Positions 8,548-15,759 of a DNA stretch of 32,000 nt are shown here, piece after piece. The stretch's first letter is position 1. Every line of letters starts with the position of its first letter. The notes beneath the pieces are model-generated. The model was not told the DNA's origin, searched no databases, and saw only the letters and a program-made list of their open reading frames with translations. Source of the DNA: Ruminococcus albus 7 = DSM 20455 (GTDB lineage: Bacteria; Bacillota; Clostridia; Oscillospirales; Ruminococcaceae); contig NC_014833.1 of assembly GCF_000179635.2 (NCBI RefSeq), forward strand, positions 2,100,001-2,132,000, in the 5' to 3' direction. The translations under genes were made by a program, and so were the position numbers.

Positions 8548-9000
8548 TCACTGTCCTTCCTGTGAAAGTACAAGTCGCATCTCTTCCATTCCAAGTTCGA
8601 TAAGCCCGGTTGGTACGAATCCTACCGAACGGTACAATCGGTTTGCGACTGCATTGCCTGGGACTACTCCTGTATAAACAGAATCGACATCGAACCTGTC
8701 TTTGAGGAATTTTATTCCAAGAGCGAGTGCCTGTCTGCCATAGCCCCTGCGCTGATGGTCTTTATCTATGAGGAATTTCCACAAAGTGTAATATTGCTTG
8801 ACCTCGTAGTAACCCATCATTATGAATCCCACTATTTCATCGCCGCTGTACACCGCAAATGGGTATGCATTATCATTATAGGCATAAGCCTGTGCCAAAG
8901 ATTCTGCCACAGTTGAAACATAGCTTTTCTGGTATTCATGAACTTCCAGAGTCAGCACATCATCGATATTGTTCTTGTCAACAGGTCTTAGCTCTACCAT
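8548..9000 (-). CDS. GNAT-family N-acetyltransferase (SpeG/diamine-acetyltransferase-like) embedded in the nrdDG operon
   Basis: 150 aa. QRRGYGRQAL acetyl-CoA P-loop-like motif and NAVANRLYRSVGF. GGGAG RBS 8 nt upstream. 28-nt gap after the nrdD stop. Confidence 0.8.
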   Translation of the reverse strand: MVELRPVDKNNIDDVLTLEVHEYQKSYVSTVAESLAQAYAYNDNAYPFAVYSGDEIVGFIMMGYYEVKQYYTLWKFLIDKDHQRRGYGRQALALGIKFLKDRFDVDSVYTGVVPGNAVANRLYRSVGFVPTGLIELGMEEMRLVLSQEGQ

Positions 9001-9028
9001 ACCTTATCTCCCATATCCCGAAATATTA

Positions 9029-11200
9029 TCACAGGTGCAGAACTCTGTCGCGTATCTCCTGTGTTCTTCCCTGATTCCAGTACTGTGTGCCGATATAGCC
9101 GCAGGTTCGTCTTGCAACGTTCATCTTGTTCTGGTCGCGGTTGTGGCACTGAGGACATTCCCAGATAAGCTTACCGTCATCTTCAACTATCTGTATTTCA
9201 CCGTCGTATCCGCATACCTGACAGTAATCGCTCTTCGTATTAAGCTCGGCATACATTATATTATCGTATATAAATCTTATTACTTTAAGAACTGCCGGGA
9301 TGTTCTTCTGCATATTTGGGACTTCAACATAGCTGATAGCTCCGCCGGGAGAAAGGTGCTGGAACTCGCTCTCAAATTTGAGTTTAGTAAATGCATCTAT
9401 TTTTTCGGTTACATGAACGTGATAGCTGTTGGTAATATAGCTTTTATCTGTTATGCCCTCTATTATTCCGAATCTCTTCTGCAGACATCTGGCAAATTTG
9501 TAAGTTGTTGATTCCAGAGGTGTGCCATATATTGAGAAATCGATATTTTCCTTTTCCTTCCATCTCTTGCAGGCATCGTTCATGTGCTGCATTATCTCTA
9601 TTGCAAAAGGCTTGGCTTCAGGATCGGTATGGCTTTTGCCTGTCATGTATTTTACGCACTCATAAAGTCCCGCATAACCAAGGGATATAGTCGAATATCC
9701 GCCATAAAGCAGTTTGTCGATGGGCTCTCCCTTTTTCAGCCTTGCGAGGGCACCATACTGCCACAGTATAGGAGCTGCATCTGAAAGTGTGCCTTTTAGC
9801 CTTTCGTGCCGGCACATCAACGCCTTATAGCACAGCGCCAGTCTTTCATCAAATATTTTCCAGAAGGTGTCTTTGTTTCTTCCGCTTGAAAGGGCAACAT
9901 CTACCAGATTTATAGTAACAACACCCTGATTGAACCTTCCGTAATACTTCGGCTTGCCGTTTTCATCTATGTATGGAGTAAGGAAACTCCTGCAGCCCAT
10001 GCAGGTGTAGCAATGACCATCTCCGTTTTTATCGACTTTCAGTTTCAACATTACTTTTTCCGAGATATAATCAGGTACCATGCGCTTAGCTGTACATTTA
10101 GCTGCAAGCTTTGTCAGGTAGAAGTAAGGTGTGCCTTCCTCGACATTATCCTCTTCGAGTACATATATAAGCTTTGGAAAAGCAGGAGTGACCCAAACGC
10201 CTGATTCGTTTTTAACACCCTCGGTGCGCTGTTTAAGCGTTTCTTCGATTATCATAGCAAGGTCTTTTTTCTCCTGGTCGTTTTTAGCCTCGTTAAGGTA
10301 CATGAATACAGTTACAAAAGGTGCCTGACCGTTTGTAGTAAGAAGTGTGACAACCTGATACTGTATTGTCTGTACACCTCGGGTGATCTCTTTACGCAGC
10401 CTTTCCTCTGTTATCATATCCAGCTTTTCCTGTGTAGGAGTCACTCCGAGCTTAGCCATTTCGACTTCAAGCTCTTTTCGTATCTTTACTCTTGATATCT
10501 GAACGAACGGAGCAAGATGAGCAAGGCTTATGCTCTGTCCGCCGTACTGATTTGATGCTACCTGTGCGATGATCTGTGTAGCGATATTGCAGGCTGTAGA
10601 AAAGCTGTGAGGCTTTTCTATAAGCGTTTCACTTATAACAGTGCCGTTCTGCAGCATATCTTCAAGATTGACCAGGTCGCAATTATGCATATGCTGTGCG
10701 TAATAATCAGTATCATGGAAATGTATTATACCGGCTTCATGAGCTTCAACAATATCAGGCGGCAGCAGAAGCCTTTTTGTAAGATCACGGCTGACTTCTC
10801 CGGCCATATAATCACGCTGTACACTGTTGACAGCAGGATTCTTGTTGGAATTTTCCTGCTTGACTTCCTCGTTGGCACACTCGATAAGGCTGAGTATCTT
10901 ATTGTCTGTGGTGTTGGATTTTCTTACAAGAGAACGGGTATAACGGTATCTTACATATCTTCTTGCCAGCTCAAATGCACCCTTTGCCATAAGCTGATTT
11001 TCCACCATATCCTGTATTTCTTCCACAGTTACAGCTCTGCCAAGCTTGTTGCATTTGTATTCAACATAATCGGTCACATCAGCGATCTCTTCATCACTTA
11101 TACGTCCCTTTTCACCGGCTATATTTGCTTTTTTTACGGCGTTGATTATTTTGTCGGGATCAAAAACTTCCTCTGCCCCGTTTCTCTTTATTATCTTCAA
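9029..11200 (-). CDS. nrdD: Anaerobic ribonucleoside-triphosphate reductase (class III), paralog 1
   Basis: 723 aa. N-terminal ATP-cone, thiyl loop CMGCRSF, Zn-ribbon CQVCGY...CPQC and glycyl-radical motif ARRTCGYIG near the C-terminus. TTG start with GGAGGA about 9 nt upstream. Confidence 0.95.
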   Translation of the reverse strand: MKIIKRNGAEEVFDPDKIINAVKKANIAGEKGRISDEEIADVTDYVEYKCNKLGRAVTVEEIQDMVENQLMAKGAFELARRYVRYRYTRSLVRKSNTTDNKILSLIECANEEVKQENSNKNPAVNSVQRDYMAGEVSRDLTKRLLLPPDIVEAHEAGIIHFHDTDYYAQHMHNCDLVNLEDMLQNGTVISETLIEKPHSFSTACNIATQIIAQVASNQYGGQSISLAHLAPFVQISRVKIRKELEVEMAKLGVTPTQEKLDMITEERLRKEITRGVQTIQYQVVTLLTTNGQAPFVTVFMYLNEAKNDQEKKDLAMIIEETLKQRTEGVKNESGVWVTPAFPKLIYVLEEDNVEEGTPYFYLTKLAAKCTAKRMVPDYISEKVMLKLKVDKNGDGHCYTCMGCRSFLTPYIDENGKPKYYGRFNQGVVTINLVDVALSSGRNKDTFWKIFDERLALCYKALMCRHERLKGTLSDAAPILWQYGALARLKKGEPIDKLLYGGYSTISLGYAGLYECVKYMTGKSHTDPEAKPFAIEIMQHMNDACKRWKEKENIDFSIYGTPLESTTYKFARCLQKRFGIIEGITDKSYITNSYHVHVTEKIDAFTKLKFESEFQHLSPGGAISYVEVPNMQKNIPAVLKVIRFIYDNIMYAELNTKSDYCQVCGYDGEIQIVEDDGKLIWECPQCHNRDQNKMNVARRTCGYIGTQYWNQGRTQEIRDRVLHL

Positions 11201-11265
11201 TTTACATCTTCCTCCGAAATATAGTTACTATTCATGATTATCAATCCATTATGTGAGTAATTTTG

Positions 11266-11294
11266 ATTATACTACAAAAATGTCCTTATGTCTG
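11266..11294 (-). promoter_or_regulatory. Putative nrdD1 promoter (caGACA-17-TATAAT, minus strand)
   Basis: -10 at 11271..11266. The weak -35 ends 17 nt upstream. Overlapped by NrdR-like box A. Confidence 0.4.
11268..11283. promoter_or_regulatory. NrdR-like box A (TATACTACAAAAATGT)
   Basis: Partial match to the NrdR-box consensus acaCwAtATaTwGtgt as I recall it. Overlaps the nrdD1 -10 element. Confidence 0.35.
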
Positions 11295-11308
11295 TTGCAA
11301 AAGCAACA
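11293..11308. promoter_or_regulatory. Perfect inverted repeat TGTTGC-AAAA-GCAACA
   Basis: 6-4-6 palindrome read directly from the sequence. Overlaps the -35 of the Crp/Fnr promoter in the divergent intergenic region. Confidence 0.4.
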
Positions 11309-11323
11309 AAAGTATGATATAAT
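11295..11323 (+). promoter_or_regulatory. sigmaA-type promoter TTGCAA-17-TATAAT (extended TGa) for the Crp/Fnr gene
   Basis: -35 at 11295-11300, -10 at 11318-11323, TG at 11315-11316. Confidence 0.6.
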
Positions 11324-11337
11324 ACAAGATGTAGTAT
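11322..11337. promoter_or_regulatory. NrdR-like box B (ATACAAGATGTAGTAT)
   Basis: About 12/16 match to the recalled NrdR consensus; the two half-sites match each other as an inverted repeat at 6 of 8 positions. The overlapping 16-mer AATACAAGATGTAGTA at 11321-11336 (offset by 1 nt from this box) is 15/16 identical to the 16-mer at 29608-29623 upstream of nrdD2. Confidence 0.45.
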
Positions 11338-11375
11338 TTCTTTTAAAAATTCGGCACATTATGGAGTGAGATAAA

Positions 11376-12020
11376 ATGGCTAACAATCCGATAGAAAAGC
11401 TGTTTTCAGCTGATAGACCTGGATATGACGTTATCTGTCACGAAAGTCATAACCATTATTTTACAAGAGGAGAAACAATTTTTATAAATCTTCGTGATAC
11501 ATCTGAAACAGCAATAGTGATCAAAGGTACTGTACTTATAGTGAATATAAGCAGTGACGGACAAAAAAGTATACTTGATATCTGCCGCAGCGGAGATGCA
11601 TTCGGATGCGGATTATTCCCATACAAAGGATTTGATGCATGCTGTGCCGTTACAAAGACGGATTCTGAGATATCATTTATTAATTACGAAAAACTGTTGC
11701 TTGGATGTGAAGGCACCTGTTCGGGACACAGCCGTCTTATCGATAATATTTTAGGAGGTGCAGCAAGAAGATATGTTATGCATATTGAGATACTGTCACG
11801 TCGTACTATTCGCGAAAAGCTTCTGAACGCTTTTTGTTTCCTGCTTGATCCCCATGTACACAAAGAGCAGAAGCTTCCCATCTCGCTTTCTGAGCTTGCA
11901 GACTTTCTGTGCTGTGACAGAAGTGCTATGATGCGTGAATTAAAGCATCTTAATGAAGATCGTATCATAGCATCCCGCGGTAGCCGAATCACACTTATTA
12001 TGGATATCACACAATTTTAA
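11376..12020 (+). CDS. Crp/Fnr-family transcriptional regulator (Cys-rich)
   Basis: 214 aa. An N-terminal cNMP-binding-like beta-roll is followed by the C-terminal HTH LPISLSELADFLCCDRSAMMRELKHL. 10 Cys, including LGCEGTCSGH. Confidence 0.8.
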   Translation: MANNPIEKLFSADRPGYDVICHESHNHYFTRGETIFINLRDTSETAIVIKGTVLIVNISSDGQKSILDICRSGDAFGCGLFPYKGFDACCAVTKTDSEISFINYEKLLLGCEGTCSGHSRLIDNILGGAARRYVMHIEILSRRTIREKLLNAFCFLLDPHVHKEQKLPISLSELADFLCCDRSAMMRELKHLNEDRIIASRGSRITLIMDITQF

Positions 12021-12054
12021 GAAGAAAAAACAAAGACTTTTATTGTTAGTTATC

Positions 12055-12083
12055 TTTACTTTTGGATCATTTTATGATATAAT
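12055..12083 (+). promoter_or_regulatory. Putative pyrB promoter TTTACT-17-TATAAT (extended TGa)
   Basis: -10 at 12078-12083 with TG at 12075-12076. Moderate -35 at 12055-12060. Confidence 0.45.
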
Positions 12084-12134
12084 GTATAAGTATGATGTTT
12101 AAAGGTATGTTTTGTGTTGAAAGGAAGTTGATCT

Positions 12135-13223
12135 ATGGCAAATCTTTACAACAACCTCAATCTTATCGACCTTAATGATTTTCCTGTCAGCTGGTGGGAA
12201 AAACTGCTGGACAGGGCGCACGATATAATGGCTGAGCCTTCGGCTTATGCTGAAAAATGCAAGGGTAAGATAATGGGTACTTTGTTCTATGAACCCTCGA
12301 CCAGGACTCAGATGTCTTTTCAGACAGCTATGCTTCGTCTGGGCGGCACGATTATTGGGTTTGATAACCCTGCTACTTCCTCTGTCGCAAAGGGTGAGAA
12401 TATTAAAGATACTACGAAGATAGTTTCGGGATATGCAGACATAATGGTAATGAGGCATCCTGTGGCAGGTTCTGTAAAAGCAGCGGCTCTTACGGCAGAT
12501 TGTCCTGTGATCAATGCCGGTGACGGCGGACACCTTCATCCGACACAGACACTTACCGATCTTCTTACACTTAAAGAGGAAAAGGGATCACTGGAAGGAC
12601 TGTGCATAGGTCTGTGCGGTGATCTGAAAAACGGCAGAACGGTACATTCTCTGATAAAGGCAATGTCATGCTTTAAAGGAACCAGTTTCGTGCTGATATC
12701 AACTCCTGAACTTGCACTTCCTGCTTACATAAAAGATGTTCTTTCAGCAGGCGGTCATCCTTATAAGGAAGTATCATCCCTTGATGATGCTGTCGGTATG
12801 CTGGATGTTCTGTATATGACAAGGATACAGAGGGAAAGGTTCTCTAGTCCGGAAGAATATGAAAAGCAGAAGGGCTGTTATATCCTCGATAAAAGAAAAA
12901 TGTCTAAGGCTAAGGACAGTATGATCGTTATGCACCCATTACCAAGAGTAGATGAAATCGCGGTCGAGGTCGATGACGATCCAAGAGCTATGTATTTCAA
13001 GCAGGCTAAATACGGTATGTATATCCGCATGGCCCTTATACTCACCATGCTTGAAGAGAAGGAAATGAAGATACCGCTGGTGACAGGAAAGATACATACC
13101 CATCAGATATGTTCAAATCCATTGTGTATAACTCATAAGGAAAATTATCTGCCTCATTATTTCAGGGGCGACAGCACTATGCTTGAATGTGAATACTGCG
13201 ACGAGAGGACGCTTGTGGAATAA
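12135..13223 (+). CDS. pyrB: Aspartate carbamoyltransferase catalytic chain fused to a PyrI-type C-terminal zinc domain
   Basis: YEPSTRTQMSF carbamoyl-phosphate motif, HPTQ, and HPLPRVDEI. The last ~55 aa, ICSNPLCITHKE...LECEYCDE, match the Cys4 zinc domain of the regulatory chain (E. coli CPNSNCISH...CKYCEKE). Confidence 0.9.
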   Translation: MANLYNNLNLIDLNDFPVSWWEKLLDRAHDIMAEPSAYAEKCKGKIMGTLFYEPSTRTQMSFQTAMLRLGGTIIGFDNPATSSVAKGENIKDTTKIVSGYADIMVMRHPVAGSVKAAALTADCPVINAGDGGHLHPTQTLTDLLTLKEEKGSLEGLCIGLCGDLKNGRTVHSLIKAMSCFKGTSFVLISTPELALPAYIKDVLSAGGHPYKEVSSLDDAVGMLDVLYMTRIQRERFSSPEEYEKQKGCYILDKRKMSKAKDSMIVMHPLPRVDEIAVEVDDDPRAMYFKQAKYGMYIRMALILTMLEEKEMKIPLVTGKIHTHQICSNPLCITHKENYLPHYFRGDSTMLECEYCDERTLVE

Positions 13224-13257
13224 GCTGCTCTCTGTCGGCTTATAGGGAGCAATGTCC

Positions 13258-14379
13258 ATGTATAAAATGTCAGATGAAGAGTTTTTCAAAGTATACGGTC
13301 GTATGCCTCGAAGGAACAATAATAAGAATAAGAAAAAAAAAGTCAAAGTATATTGGAGTAGGATCGCTGTTGCTCTGATAGCTGTTATACTGCTTGTAGT
13401 CGGTATAGTCAAACTTGCATCAGGTAAGTCTAAAAAGGGTGGAGCTCAGAACGGAAAAGCTTCTGTTTCGTCATCTGCGGGTAAAAATGATGATTATTAC
13501 GCAGCTCCCGAAAACAAGGAAACCGATGTTGTGTATGACGGTATTGAACTTACAGTATGTATCGATGCTGCTCACGGCGGAGTAGATAAAGGTGCTGTTG
13601 GTGAAGACGGCAGAACCGAGAAGGGTGACACGCTGAAGATAGCTGAGGCTTTGAAGCAACACCTCGAAACCTGTGGTGTCAAGGTCATTATGACAAGGAA
13701 CGATGACAGCTATGTCAGCGTTGAAGACAGATGTCGCATTGCAAATGAACAGGGTGCTGATGTATTCGTTTCTATTCATCGCAGCAGCAGTGATATTCCG
13801 GGAAGCGATCCTCACGGATTTGAAGCATGGATACACAATTCAAGGCCGGAGGCTGACAAGGCTTTTGCAGAAAGGATAATGTCGAAGCTTAACGATATCG
13901 GAATATCAGAAAACAGGGGAGTACGCACAGGTTATCCTGATGATCGTAATGTAAATTATCCGATCAATGAGCTTACCAAAATGCCCAGCGTTCTTTTGGA
14001 TATGGGCTATCTTACAAGCAGTATAGATAATCCGCTGCTTGATGCTAATCTTGAGGCTTATGCCAGGGCGATAGGTAATGCAATCATTACTACCGCTCGT
14101 GATCTTGGTGTTACAGACGACAATGGAGCAAGGCTTAGAGATGGACAGCTGCTTTCGGATAAAACTGCACCTGTCGAAAAATCAAAGAAACCAGAAAGCC
14201 CCGAGAGTAAGTCTGATGAAAGCTCACAGGATGAAGAAAGCAGTGAAACTGAATATCCTGACATAACAGAGTATGATAATAGTGATGAGGATACCGGATC
14301 CGAAGTTGGATCGGACGAAACTATCTACACCGATGACGGCATGGTTTATCATTACACTGATCCTATGGTTACAGAATAA
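13258..14379 (+). CDS. N-acetylmuramoyl-L-alanine amidase (Amidase_3), membrane-anchored, with acidic C-terminal tail
   Basis: CIDAAHGGVDKGAVG...VFVSIHRSS...LLDMGYLTS motifs. N-terminal Lys-rich segment plus TM helix IAVALIAVILLVVGIV. Start set at 13258 (AGGGAG 8 nt upstream); the ORF-track start is 13252. Confidence 0.85.
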   Translation: MYKMSDEEFFKVYGRMPRRNNNKNKKKKVKVYWSRIAVALIAVILLVVGIVKLASGKSKKGGAQNGKASVSSSAGKNDDYYAAPENKETDVVYDGIELTVCIDAAHGGVDKGAVGEDGRTEKGDTLKIAEALKQHLETCGVKVIMTRNDDSYVSVEDRCRIANEQGADVFVSIHRSSSDIPGSDPHGFEAWIHNSRPEADKAFAERIMSKLNDIGISENRGVRTGYPDDRNVNYPINELTKMPSVLLDMGYLTSSIDNPLLDANLEAYARAIGNAIITTARDLGVTDDNGARLRDGQLLSDKTAPVEKSKKPESPESKSDESSQDEESSETEYPDITEYDNSDEDTGSEVGSDETIYTDDGMVYHYTDPMVTE

Positions 14380-14383
14380 AATT

Positions 14384-14417
14384 ATCCGACATCGCTATAA
14401 TGCGGTGTCGGATTTTT
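14384..14417. terminator. Bidirectional terminator between the amidase gene and chrA
   Basis: ATCCGACATCGC-tataat-GCGGTGTCGGAT followed by TTTTT: a 12-bp stem with one G-U pair. Confidence 0.85.
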
Positions 14418-14439
14418 GTATGTGATCATAGCTGTATAA

Positions 14440-15006
14440 TTATATACCAAGCACATATCCTGTTATAATGCCAATAGCAGCAGATATTGAGATGATCGCT
14501 ATCGGATGCAGTTTTTTAAAAGCAAGCACTGCGCCGAGTACAAATATGCCCAGAGAGATCAGGAAAACCGGCGTTGAAAATGCAGCGTTATTAAATCCGT
14601 CGTTGAAGAATACCGTTGTTCCGACAGATAGTAATGCAGTACTGATCAATCCTATCACAGCGGGTCGCAGTCCGTACATCATACCATCAACAATTTTGTT
14701 TTTGCGAAACTTATCGTAGAACTTCGCAACGATTAGTATTATCACAAATGACGGAAGAACTACCCCTGAAGTGGCACATACCGCGCCAAGTACGTCTCCT
14801 GTGCGTATACCTATGAAAGTAGCCATATTTATAGCAAGAGGTCCGGGTGTACTTTCGCTTATGGCTATGAAATCTATTACCTCTGCTTGTGTGAGCCAGC
14901 CGTGACGCTCGACCTCGCTCTGTATCAGCGGAAGCATCGCATAACCTCCGCCGAAGGTAAATGCTCCGATTTTCAGGAAGGTCAGGAACAGATCAATCAA
15001 TATCAT
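14440..15006 (-). CDS. chrA: Chromate transporter family protein (short CHR, second half of the pair)
   Basis: 188 aa. FLKIGAFTFGGGYAMLPLIQ..ESTPGPLA motif. Overlaps the upstream partner by 14 nt. Confidence 0.85.
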   Translation of the reverse strand: MILIDLFLTFLKIGAFTFGGGYAMLPLIQSEVERHGWLTQAEVIDFIAISESTPGPLAINMATFIGIRTGDVLGAVCATSGVVLPSFVIILIVAKFYDKFRKNKIVDGMMYGLRPAVIGLISTALLSVGTTVFFNDGFNNAAFSTPVFLISLGIFVLGAVLAFKKLHPIAIISISAAIGIITGYVLGI

Positions 15007-15550
15007 TGTTCTGCTCCTTTCTTATAATCAGTGACCATATTATCCCGAATATAGCACAGCCGATAATAACGAACACAGCATCTATTTTTAAAAAAGCTGT
15101 CATCACTAATGCCGATATCATTATAACATAGGAGACAGCGTGTTTCTTTGTTTTCATGAACATGGTGTATACCGTTTTCAGGATAAGGGCAAGAACACCT
15201 GCACGTATACCCATAAAAGCGTACTTCACTGCTTTTGACTCTCGGAATGTTTTAAGCACTAATGATATCAAGGATATTATCAGGAATGACGGCAGTACGA
15301 TACCAAGCGTTGCACAGGCAGCACCGAGTGTTCCGGCGGTACGGCTTCCTACAAAGGTAGCAGCGTTGATCGCCACCGGTCCGGGCGTTGATTCCGCTAT
15401 TGCAACCACTTCAAGTATATCATCCTCATTCAGCCATTTTTTATTATCGCAGACCTCACGCTGTATCAGCGGTATCATAGCATAACCTCCGCCAAAGGTA
15501 AATGCTCCTATCTTAAAGAATGTCAGGAACAGATCAAGGTTCTTGTTCAT
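14993..15550 (-). CDS. chrA: Chromate transporter family protein (short CHR, first half of the pair)
   Basis: 185 aa. FFKIGAFTFGGGYAMIPLIQ..ESTPGPVA. GGGGTGA RBS. Confidence 0.85.
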   Translation of the reverse strand: MNKNLDLFLTFFKIGAFTFGGGYAMIPLIQREVCDNKKWLNEDDILEVVAIAESTPGPVAINAATFVGSRTAGTLGAACATLGIVLPSFLIISLISLVLKTFRESKAVKYAFMGIRAGVLALILKTVYTMFMKTKKHAVSYVIMISALVMTAFLKIDAVFVIIGCAIFGIIWSLIIRKEQNNDID

Positions 15551-15672
15551 TGGATCACCCCAACTAATAATTATACCCGATTATAAATTGTATGTCAATC
15601 CCGAATAAACTTCATATTTTATGTATTTATTTCAACTGGGTATTAAACATAAAATTACGCTGATAAAAAAAT

Positions 15673-15686
15673 CGAACAAATTTTCG
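15673..15686. promoter_or_regulatory. LexA (Cheo/DinR) box 1, CGAACAAATTTTCG
   Basis: One mismatch to CGAAC-N4-GTTCG. Lies upstream of the -35. Confidence 0.6.
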
Positions 15687-15694
15687 CAAAGCTA

Positions 15695-15723
15695 TTGACA
15701 ATCGAACAAATGTGTGCTAAAAT
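15695..15723 (+). promoter_or_regulatory. sigmaA-type promoter TTGACA-17-TAAAAT of the Y-family polymerase operon
   Basis: -35 at 15695-15700, -10 at 15718-15723. The spacer contains LexA box 2. Confidence 0.7.
15703..15716. promoter_or_regulatory. LexA box 2, CGAACAAATGTGTG
   Basis: Perfect CGAAC half-site and a degenerate second half. Sits between -35 and -10. The 11-mer ATCGAACAAAT is repeated exactly 30 bp from box 1. Confidence 0.55.
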
Positions 15724-15730
15724 AATAGTG

Positions 15731-15744
15731 CAAACAAATGTGCG
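15731..15744. promoter_or_regulatory. LexA-like box 3, CAAACAAATGTGCG
   Basis: One mismatch in each half-site. Lies just downstream of the -10. Confidence 0.4.
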
Positions 15745-15759
15745 ATAGAAGGTGAGCCA

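Noticed and set aside
8969-11224. Plus-strand ORFs in the track (8969..9511, 9505..9690, 9584..9784, 10013..10204, 10131..10328, 10607..11224)
   Set aside because: All are antisense shadows inside the well-supported nrdD gene. They have low-complexity or hydrophobic compositions, no RBS and no recognisable motifs.
12099-12539. 146-aa minus-strand ORF overlapping the pyrB 5' region
   Set aside because: It is antisense to a gene with clear ATCase motifs. Its Arg/Cys/His-rich composition is implausible and it has no RBS.
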